Below, one piece after another: positions 1-6,044 of a stretch of DNA of 6,044 nucleotides. The translations under genes were made by a program, and so were the position numbers. Each line of letters begins with the position of its first letter. Within the stretch, counting starts at the first letter, position 1. The DNA is from a virus (Duplodnaviria > Heunggongvirae > Uroviricota > Caudoviricetes), in IMG/VR virus record IMGVR_UViG_2541047968_000008, one strand, 5' to 3'. The notes under the pieces were generated by a model. It saw nothing but the letters and a program-made list of their open reading frames with translations. It was not told the DNA's origin and did not search any database.

Positions 1-1175
1 GATGATGCCGATGACGCCGCCGAACTGGCGGACGATGCGGCAGCCGTTTTTGAGGATTCTGCGCTGGTTTCCGACGCTTTCGCGTTCGTCTCGGATGTCT
101 TCGCTGCGGAAGCAGACCTCGCTGCTGCGCTGGCCTGTACAGCGGCTTCGCCAGCCTTCGTTGTGGCTGTTGAAGCAGACGATGCGGCGCTTTCTGCCGA
201 TTTTCCGGCGGCGGTGGCACTGGCTGAGGCCTGCCCGGCACTTGTTGACGCGGCACTGGCAGACGACGCAGCCGCTGTTTTTGAGCCTGCCGCAGCCGAG
301 GCGCTCTGTCCCGCTGCCGTTTCAGAAGACCTGGCGTTTGTCTCAGACGTCTTTGCCGCCTTCGCGGAATTGCCTGCCGCCGTTGCCGAGGAAGCGGCAC
401 TACTGGCGCTTGATGATGCGTTCGTTTCTGATGATTTCGCTGCCTCTTTTGAGGCCGCCGCATCCCGGGCTGAGGTGGCAGCTTCTGACGCTTTCGTGGT
501 CGCGGTGGATGCTGAAGTGGCTGCTGATTGTTGTGACGCTGCCGCATTCGTTTCTGACGTTTTTGCCGCAGCGGCACTGGTGGCCGCCGCGCTTTTTGAG
601 GACTCTGCAGCGGCAGCACTTTTTGATGCTTCAGTGGCCTTTGCTGATGCCGTTCCTGCGCTGGAAGACGCTGACTGAGCCGACGAAGCGGCCTGTCCGG
701 CTGACGTGCTGGCTGCGCGTGCTGAGCCTGCAGCATCAGTCGCATGGGTTGCCGCCTCACGGGCAGATGTGCCGGCATCGCCGGCTGACTTCTTCGCGGC
801 TGCCGTGTTCTGTGCCACTGCGGACGCGTTACGCGCCACCTCTTCCACCATCAGTTCAAAACGGCGCAGTGCCTCTGGCCGGACATCATCCTCCGTCATT
901 GCACCGAGGAAATCATTCAGTGTGCCCGGCTTTGAGTCCTCATATACGGTGATAATCCCGGCGTGTGACGGCGGGAATCCCTCCACCAACAGACTGACGC
1001 TGTACTGACCATACTCGACGTCCATTGTGTAACGCCCGGCTTCATCCGGGTTTTCTGAGGCCACTGTGTTCACCACCACCGTGGTGCTGTTGCGCCTGGC
1101 CTTTAGCTGAATGGTGCAGTTTTGTATCGGCTTACCTGCGCCATCTTTCAGTACACCTGAAATCCGTACTGCCAT
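1..1175 (-). CDS. stf: Side tail fibre protein Stf, N-terminal ~391 codons (partial; 3' end lies beyond window start)
   Basis: Minus-strand ATG at 1175..1173 preceded by GGGGGGAAT (SD-like). Hand translation runs stop-free to the window edge: MAVRISGVLKDGAGKPIQNCTIQLKARRNSTTVVVNTVASENPDEAGRYTMDVEYGQYSVSLLVEGFPPSHAGIITVYEDSKPGTLNDFLGAMTEDDVRPEALRRFELMVEEVARNA..., then a long Ala/Ser/Thr-rich tract with recurring KTSETNA. This closely matches the lambda Stf (orf-401) N-terminus as I recall it. Not in the ORF track because it is truncated. Confidence 0.85.
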   Translation of the reverse strand, partial: MAVRISGVLKDGAGKPIQNCTIQLKARRNSTTVVVNTVASENPDEAGRYTMDVEYGQYSVSLLVEGFPPSHAGIITVYEDSKPGTLNDFLGAMTEDDVRPEALRRFELMVEEVARNASAVAQNTAAAKKSAGDAGTSAREAATHATDAAGSARAASTSAGQAASSAQSASSSAGTASAKATEASKSAAAAESSKSAAATSAAAAKTSETNAAASQQSAATSASTATTKASEAATSARDAAASKEAAKSSETNASSSASSAASSATAAGNSAKAAKTSETNARSSETAAGQSASAAAGSKTAAASSASAASTSAGQASASATAAGKSAESAASSASTATTKAGEAAVQASAAARSASAAKTSETNAKASETSAESSKTAAASSASSAASSAS

Positions 1176-1184
1176 ATTCCCCCC

Positions 1185-1212
1185 ACAAAAAAGCCCGCCT
1201 GAACCGGCGGGC
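1185..1212 (-). terminator. Rho-independent terminator between lom and stf
   Basis: Perfect 7-bp GC-rich stem gcccgcc (1193-1199) / ggcgggc (1206-1212) with 6-nt loop. On the minus strand it is followed by TTTTTTGT (plus-strand a-run 1187-1192). Sits 28 nt downstream of the lom stop. Confidence 0.7.
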
Positions 1213-1239
1213 TGTCATAACACTGTGTTACCTGGCTAA

Positions 1240-1839
1240 TCAGAATTTATAACCGACACCAACGATGAAACTGTTGGTACGCCAGTCACCGCTGCCGGAG
1301 CCTTCATAAGCGACGTCAACGGCCACGGATTCGGTCGGGTTAAACTGCACGCCAGCTCCCCACGCCAGAGAGGTGTTACTGTGGCGAGCGTCATCACTTC
1401 CGGTCAGCACGTCGTGCGTTTTTCCCTTGTTGTCAGTTACGCGGAGATAATCCCCGGAAAAAGTCGACACACGGCTGTAAGCCACGCCTGCCATCGCATA
1501 CGCGCTGAACCATTCATTCACGCGTACAGACGGCCCCGCCATCACGCTGAACCAGCGGTTACGCACGGAATCTTCATGCCAGCGGGTATCGCTGTAACGG
1601 GTAAGCTGGCGATTCTTGTCTCCTGCATAGCTGAACGACGTCACCATCCCCAGTGTGTCCGTAAACTCATAACGGTATTTCACGTTAATCCCGTTCAGAT
1701 CATCGCTGCCGGGGACGTTCGTCGAGGCATGAAGATACCCCGCGCTCAGCGTGGACTGATGTTCAGATGCCCATGCAGGCGCACCGGATACGGCCAGACA
1801 AATGGCTGCGGAAAAAATGGCGGCATAAAGTTTACGCAT
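1240..1839 (-). CDS. lom: Lom/Ail/PagC-family 8-stranded beta-barrel outer membrane protein (phage moron)
   Basis: 199-aa ORF with SD GAGAGG 5 nt upstream of ATG (1839..1837) and TGA stop at 1240-1242. N-terminal signal peptide [24 protein letters not shown] with AWA cleavage motif. C-terminal [26 protein letters not shown] ends in Phe as typical for OMP barrels and matches the lambda Lom C-terminus from memory. Same position after J as in lambda. Confidence 0.9.
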
Positions 1840-1861
1840 AATTACCTCTCGCTTTTCTGCA

Positions 1862-1887
1862 ATAAAAAAGGCACCATTTCTGGTGCC
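1862..1887 (-). terminator. Rho-independent terminator downstream of J
   Basis: 7-bp stem ggcacca (1870-1876) / tggtgcc (1881-1887) with 4-nt loop tttc. On the minus strand it is followed by TTTTTTATT (plus-strand a-run 1863-1869). Lies 21 nt past the J stop codon. Confidence 0.65.
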
Positions 1888-1908
1888 CTCATATGGGTTA
1901 TAACAATT

Positions 1909-4900
1909 TCAACGAATACTGATGCCGGAAGCGGCTTTTTTGGTCACAATCACCGTACAGTCGGTGATATTACCTGCCCGCTGATTGCCTTTATGGAAAA
2001 CCTTAAACTCCAGAGTGACGCTTCCCCTGCCACTCGGCATATCAATAACCGCACTGTAGCTACCGGGAATGGCCCCTTTAGTTTCTCTGGATGCGATTAA
2101 TACACCGTTTTTGCGAACTTCAAAACCATACCCCGTGTATCTTGTACCTCCCGGGTTATTACCACTTCCCGGATCGCTATACGCTATTCCGTTAAAGATA
2201 ATGGGCGGAATAATGATTTGACGGTCAAAGTTATGATCATCGCTGATGGTGACTGTAACCGTCCCGTTTGGTGTTTCCGTATTACCCCACGTACCAGCCT
2301 GTTTCGGGAATGATTTGGATACAGCTTTAACGAAGTCACCTCTGACCTGAGTCGCCTCCAGCATGCCCTTAATCGTACAGTTTTCATTTACCGTGACATT
2401 GTTGAGCGTCCCGGCGTTCGCATTCACACTGCCACTGATATCCGCATTTTTAGCGGTCAGCTTTCCGTCTGATGTCAGGGAAAATACCGGAGGACTGCCA
2501 CCACTGGTAATGGTGGGGGCCGTCAGGCGCTTCAGGAACACGTCGTTCATGAATATCTGATTGCCCTGCGCCACAAACATCGGCGTTTCATTCCCGTTTG
2601 CCGGGTCAATAAATGCGATACGGTTAGCGGCAACCAGAAACTGACTCAGTTTGCCTTCCTCCGTGTCCTCCATGCTGAGGCCAATACCCGCGACATAATG
2701 TTTGCCGTCTTTGGTCTGCTCAATTTTGACAGCCCACATGGCATTCCACTTATCGTTGGCGTCCTTCCACTCTTTCGAAAACTCCTCCAGTCTGCTGGCG
2801 TTATCCTCCGTCAGCTCGACTTTTTCCAGCAGCTCCTTGCCGAGATGGGATTCGGTTATCTTGCCTTTGAAAAAATCCAGGTAACCTTCCGCATCATCGC
2901 TCGCCCGACCGACGGCCTCCACGAATGCCGATTTGCCAACGGTGTTCACACTGCGGATATAAAAGTAATAATCATGGCCCGGTTTGATATTGATACTGGC
3001 GGCTATCCAGTACAGCCCCGTGCCAAGGTAGCGGGCTGTGGTTTCAACCTGCCTGATATCGGTAATCCGCGTTTCCGAGAACCAGAACTCAAATTGTACC
3101 GTCGGATCATAAACCGCAAGATGCGGCGTGGCGGTTATCTGAAAATAGCCCGGTGTCAGCTCAATCCGAGACGGCGCTGCCGGTGCGGCAATCCGGAACG
3201 ATACCGATGCCGGTTCGCCCTGCTGTCCCCACGCATTTACCGCCCGGACAGTCAGCCTGTAGTTCCCCAGCGCCAGTTGCGTGAAGCGGTATGTGGTTTC
3301 CGTCGTCCGGGCCGTGCTGACCAGCCGCTCACTGCCATCGTCCGCTGCCACGGTCAGGCGAAGCAGGAAGCTCACCCCCTTCACCACCTTCGGCGTGTCC
3401 CAGCGCGCCAGCACCTGATATTCCCCGCTGTCTGCGGTGACTTCGGCAGTCAGGTGCTGCACCGCGGGCGGCGTGACGCCATTCACCGTGCCGCTCAGGT
3501 CGCCGTCAAAGTGCGCCCCGTTATCCACGATGGCTTCTTTTTCGGGTACATGCTGCACGGCGGTGATGGCATACGTGCCGTCGTCGTTCTCACGGATACT
3601 CACACAGCGGAACAGGCGCTGGCGCAGCGTCGGCAGCTTCAGCCCCCACACACTGTATTCTGCAACGCCGTCAGGAACCCGGTTCACTTTCACCTTAAGT
3701 CCGTCGGTGACGGACTGAACCTCCACGCTGACCGGATTACCACTTCCGTCAACCAGGCTTATCAGCGTGGTACCGGAGGATGGCAGCGTGATTTCACGGT
3801 CGAGCGTCAGCGTCCGGGTCTGGCTGTTCACCGCCAGCACGCGACCACCGGTGCTGATACCGGCATAGTCATCATCGCAGATTTCAATGACATCCCCCGG
3901 TACATGGCGAAGCCCTTCCGCACCCACGCTGAAGTCCACGGTCTGCGTCTCCAGCAGTTCCGTTTTAATCAGCCACAGCCCGGCGCGGTGTGCCTGCCCC
4001 CGGCTGGTACAGCCAAAGGCATCCATCTTCGTGACATTACGACCGTAACGGGCAATGGCCTGCGTATCTTCAACAAGCTCTGTCGCCGTCTCCCAGCCGT
4101 TGTCCGGGTCAATCCAGTTCACCTCAACGGCATTATGGCGGTCCTTCAGGGCGCTGAAGCTGTAGCGGAACGGCGCGCCATCATCCGGCATCACCACATT
4201 ACTGCGGTTATAGGTCCACACCTTATCCGACGGTCGGTCCTGCACGAACGTCAGCGTCTGCCCGTTCCATACCGGCATACAGCGCATCGCCGAGCAGAAA
4301 TCACTGAGCACATCCCACGCCTTGCGCTGTGTGGTCAGGTACGCATTACAGGTGATGCGCGGCTCCGTGCCGCCAAAGCCGTCCGGCACTGACTGGTCGC
4401 AGTACTGGCCGATGACATACAGCGCCCATTTGTCCACATCCGCCGCACCAAGACGTTTCCCCATGCCGTAGCGTGGATGGGTCAGCATATCCCACAGACA
4501 CCAGGCCATGTTATTGCTGTATGCTGGCTTAAACGTTCCGTCCCAGATACCGCTGTATTGCCGAGTCTGCGGGTTATAGTTCGACGGCACCTGCAGAATA
4601 CGCCCGCGCAGATGATAATTACGGCTCACCTGCTGGCTGCCGAACTGCTCCGAATCCACCTGTACGCCGACCAGTGCCGTGTTCGGGTAGCACTGTTTCA
4701 CATCGATGATTTCGGTGTATGACGACCAGAGCGTTTTGTTCTGCAGCTGGTCTGTGGTGCTGTCCGGCGTCATCCTGCGCATCCGGATATTGAACGGGCG
4801 CGGCGGCAGGTTACCCACCACCACCGAGGCCAGATACTGCGAGGTGGTTTTGCCCTTAATGGTGATGTCTTTTTCCGTCACCCAGCCACCATTACGCTGT

Positions 4901-5322
4901 ATCTGAACCAGCAGGCGGACTTCCGACGGATTCCGGTCCCCCTTTGAGGTGGTTTCCACCAGTGCCTGCACACCGAAGGTAAAGCGCAGACGGTCGATGT
5001 TTGCCGACGTGATGGTCCTGGTAATCGGCGTGTCGTACTTCACTTCCGTACCCAGCACCGTCTCGGAGCCGGAGGATTCAAATCCCTCCGGCGGTGTCTG
5101 CTCCTGCTCACCGGCCCGGAACACCACCGTGACGCCGGAGATATTGGTATTCCCCTCACTGTCCAGCACTGGCGTACTGTTCAGCAGCACGCTTTTTAAT
5201 CCATCCACCGGACCTTCAACCGGCCCTTCGCTGATGGCATCGATCACACTCAGCAACTGCGTGGACTTCAGGTTGTCCTTCGCTTCGCGCGGAGTATGCC
5301 CCTTACTGCTGCCTTTACCCAT
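1909..5322 (-). CDS. J: Tail tip / central tail fibre host-specificity protein J
   Basis: 1137-aa ORF; N-terminus [60 protein letters not shown]... is near-identical to lambda gpJ (1132 aa) as I recall it and stays collinear for most of its length. Stop TGA at 1909-1911; start ATG at 5322..5320 preceded by GTGAGGA. The last ~150 aa diverge from lambda. Confidence 0.97.
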   Translation of the reverse strand: MGKGSSKGHTPREAKDNLKSTQLLSVIDAISEGPVEGPVDGLKSVLLNSTPVLDSEGNTNISGVTVVFRAGEQEQTPPEGFESSGSETVLGTEVKYDTPITRTITSANIDRLRFTFGVQALVETTSKGDRNPSEVRLLVQIQRNGGWVTEKDITIKGKTTSQYLASVVVGNLPPRPFNIRMRRMTPDSTTDQLQNKTLWSSYTEIIDVKQCYPNTALVGVQVDSEQFGSQQVSRNYHLRGRILQVPSNYNPQTRQYSGIWDGTFKPAYSNNMAWCLWDMLTHPRYGMGKRLGAADVDKWALYVIGQYCDQSVPDGFGGTEPRITCNAYLTTQRKAWDVLSDFCSAMRCMPVWNGQTLTFVQDRPSDKVWTYNRSNVVMPDDGAPFRYSFSALKDRHNAVEVNWIDPDNGWETATELVEDTQAIARYGRNVTKMDAFGCTSRGQAHRAGLWLIKTELLETQTVDFSVGAEGLRHVPGDVIEICDDDYAGISTGGRVLAVNSQTRTLTLDREITLPSSGTTLISLVDGSGNPVSVEVQSVTDGLKVKVNRVPDGVAEYSVWGLKLPTLRQRLFRCVSIRENDDGTYAITAVQHVPEKEAIVDNGAHFDGDLSGTVNGVTPPAVQHLTAEVTADSGEYQVLARWDTPKVVKGVSFLLRLTVAADDGSERLVSTARTTETTYRFTQLALGNYRLTVRAVNAWGQQGEPASVSFRIAAPAAPSRIELTPGYFQITATPHLAVYDPTVQFEFWFSETRITDIRQVETTARYLGTGLYWIAASINIKPGHDYYFYIRSVNTVGKSAFVEAVGRASDDAEGYLDFFKGKITESHLGKELLEKVELTEDNASRLEEFSKEWKDANDKWNAMWAVKIEQTKDGKHYVAGIGLSMEDTEEGKLSQFLVAANRIAFIDPANGNETPMFVAQGNQIFMNDVFLKRLTAPTITSGGSPPVFSLTSDGKLTAKNADISGSVNANAGTLNNVTVNENCTIKGMLEATQVRGDFVKAVSKSFPKQAGTWGNTETPNGTVTVTISDDHNFDRQIIIPPIIFNGIAYSDPGSGNNPGGTRYTGYGFEVRKNGVLIASRETKGAIPGSYSAVIDMPSGRGSVTLEFKVFHKGNQRAGNITDCTVIVTKKAASGISIR

Positions 5323-5344
5323 TCCTCACGCTCCATAAACGACA

Positions 5345-5364
5345 AAACCGCCCGGAGGCGGTTT
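5345..5364 (-). other. Intergenic stem-loop between I and J (terminator-like or structural/regulatory hairpin)
   Basis: 8-bp stem aaaccgcc (5345-5352) / ggcggttt (5357-5364) with 4-nt loop. On the minus strand it is followed by TGTCGTTTAT, only a partial U-tract. Lies in the 59-nt I-J spacer. Confidence 0.3.
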
Positions 5365-5381
5365 CACATAAACGTTTTTCA

Positions 5382-6029
5382 TCAGCGACCAATCACCACA
5401 ACCTGACCACCATCCCCTTCGTCTGCCGTGCTGATCTCCTGAGAGACCACCCGCGACCCCACGCGCATTTCACCGTACAGAACCGGCAGAACATTGCCCT
5501 GGGCAACCATGTTATCCAGTGAGGAGAAATAGGTGTTCTGTTTGCCGTTATCTGTACTTGCTGCCGTGGGCGTCCTGGCTTTCGGTGCCAGCATCTGCGC
5601 CACTCCGCCCAGGATCATACTGGCCCCTGCCGCATACATGCCCGATACAGCCGCGGCACCCAGCCAGCCCACAGGGTTCCACCATGCCACCGCAATCAGC
5701 GCCGCCCCCAGCACCACCTGAAACACACCGCCACTTTTAGCTCCCGCCAGACGCGGCACGATGTGGATCACGGCACCATTTGCCAGCGGCTCATTAAGAC
5801 GGGCAGACAATTCGGTTTCACCTGCATCACGCCCGGCAATGCGTACCTGGTACCAGCCGTCGCTCAGTTTCTGACGAAACGCCGGGTTCTGCATGGCCAG
5901 CGCCCGGATGGCTTCGGACCCCGTTTTCACTCGAAGGTCGATGCGGCGGCCAAATCGTTGTAAATCCCCGTAAAGGCAGATGCGTGCCATGCCCGGTGAC
6001 GCCAGAGGGAGTGTGTGCGTCGCTGCCAT
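5382..6029 (-). CDS. I: Tail assembly protein I
   Basis: 215-aa ORF; MAATHTLPLASPGMARICLYGDLQRFGRRIDLRVKTG... and C-terminal ...KQNTYFSSLDNMVAQGNVLPVLYGEMRVGSRVVSQEISTADEGDGGQVVVIGR match lambda gpI (223 aa) from memory. Contains a central hydrophobic Gly/Ala-rich segment. Stop TGA at 5382-5384; start ATG at 6029..6027 lies inside the K reading frame. Confidence 0.95.
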   Translation of the reverse strand: MAATHTLPLASPGMARICLYGDLQRFGRRIDLRVKTGSEAIRALAMQNPAFRQKLSDGWYQVRIAGRDAGETELSARLNEPLANGAVIHIVPRLAGAKSGGVFQVVLGAALIAVAWWNPVGWLGAAAVSGMYAAGASMILGGVAQMLAPKARTPTAASTDNGKQNTYFSSLDNMVAQGNVLPVLYGEMRVGSRVVSQEISTADEGDGGQVVVIGR

Positions 6030-6044
6030 TTGTCGGTGTACCTC
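5927..6044 (-). CDS. K: Tail assembly protein K, C-terminal end (partial; 5' part beyond window end)
   Basis: A minus-strand frame open from the window edge (codons begin at 6043) to TGA at 5929..5927 gives ...RYTDKWQRRTHSLWRHRAWHASAFTGIYNDLAAASTFE*. It overlaps the I start by exactly 103 nt out of frame, the same overlap length as K/I in lambda (14773-14875, recalled). No start in window, so absent from the ORF track. Confidence 0.7.
   Translation of the reverse strand, partial: RYTDKWQRRTHSLWRHRAWHASAFTGIYNDLAAASTFE

Noticed and set aside
2-952. Plus-strand ORFs 2..952 (316 aa), 163..678 (171 aa, extremely Ala/Asp-rich) and 706..1008
   Set aside because: They are antisense to the stf Ala/Ser-rich tract; GCN/TCN codons read in reverse give stop-poor, Ala-rich frames. 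The real gene is stf on the minus strand.
1025-1252. 75-aa plus-strand ORF spanning the stf start, the terminator and the lom stop
   Set aside because: It crosses an intergenic terminator hairpin and overlaps two well-supported minus-strand genes, is Cys/Pro-rich with no motif, and is likely spurious.
1888-1960. Possible sigma70 promoter for lom (TTGAAA / TATAAC-like hexamers on the minus strand near 1900-1930)
   Set aside because: Hexamer spacing is wrong (about 4 nt or a poor -35), and the candidate lies upstream of the J terminator hairpin rather than between it and lom. I cannot support a promoter call from sequence alone.
1381-2100. 239-aa plus-strand ORF overlapping lom and the J 3' end
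   Set aside because: It is antisense to lom and J, runs straight across the J-lom terminator, and has no RBS or family resemblance.
2698-4392. 564-aa plus-strand ORF inside J
   Set aside because: It is antisense to a J region that matches lambda gpJ strongly. The product is Arg/His/Pro-rich, has no recognisable domain and no SD, and the long open frame is a by-product of the GC-rich, codon-biased opposite strand.
2184-5338. Remaining short ORFs within or overlapping J (2184..2387 -, 2363..2560 +, 2702..2884 +, 3437..3718 +, 4477..4722 +, 4706..4906 +, 4949..5338 +)
   Set aside because: All are 60-130 aa and lie within J, either antisense or in an alternative frame, with low-complexity products. 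They cannot be distinguished from chance ORFs.
5519-5963. Plus-strand ORFs 5519..5740, 5533..5721 and 5763..5963 inside I/K
   Set aside because: They are antisense to the conserved I and K genes, are Pro/Ala-rich, and have no translation signals.
1-6044. Search for CRISPR repeats, tRNA-like structures, IS terminal inverted repeats, integrase or att sites, toxin-antitoxin or defence genes
   Set aside because: None found. The window is fully tiled by K-I-J-lom-stf on one strand with only three short spacers, leaving no room for an additional system.

Overview
This window is the distal tail (tip and fibre) module of a lambda-like phage or prophage from an enterobacterial host, with every gene on the minus strand. 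Reading 5' to 3' on that strand: the 3' end of tail assembly gene K (partial, overlapping I), I, the ~1137-aa tail tip/host-specificity gene J, the moron outer-membrane gene lom, and the first ~391 codons of the side tail fibre gene stf (cut off by the window start). Gene order, intergenic spacings (59, 69 and 64 nt) and the 103-nt K/I overlap match phage lambda as I recall it; all lambda comparisons here are from memory, not a database search. Two hairpin-plus-U-tract terminators bracket lom. I see no CRISPR array, tRNA/rRNA, transposase or defence-type gene, and no support for a new biological system. The points worth a second look are allelic: a divergent, AT-rich J C-terminal receptor-binding region, a lom variant, and an extended Ala/Ser-rich repeat tract in stf. 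All plus-strand ORFs in the supplied track are antisense artefacts.
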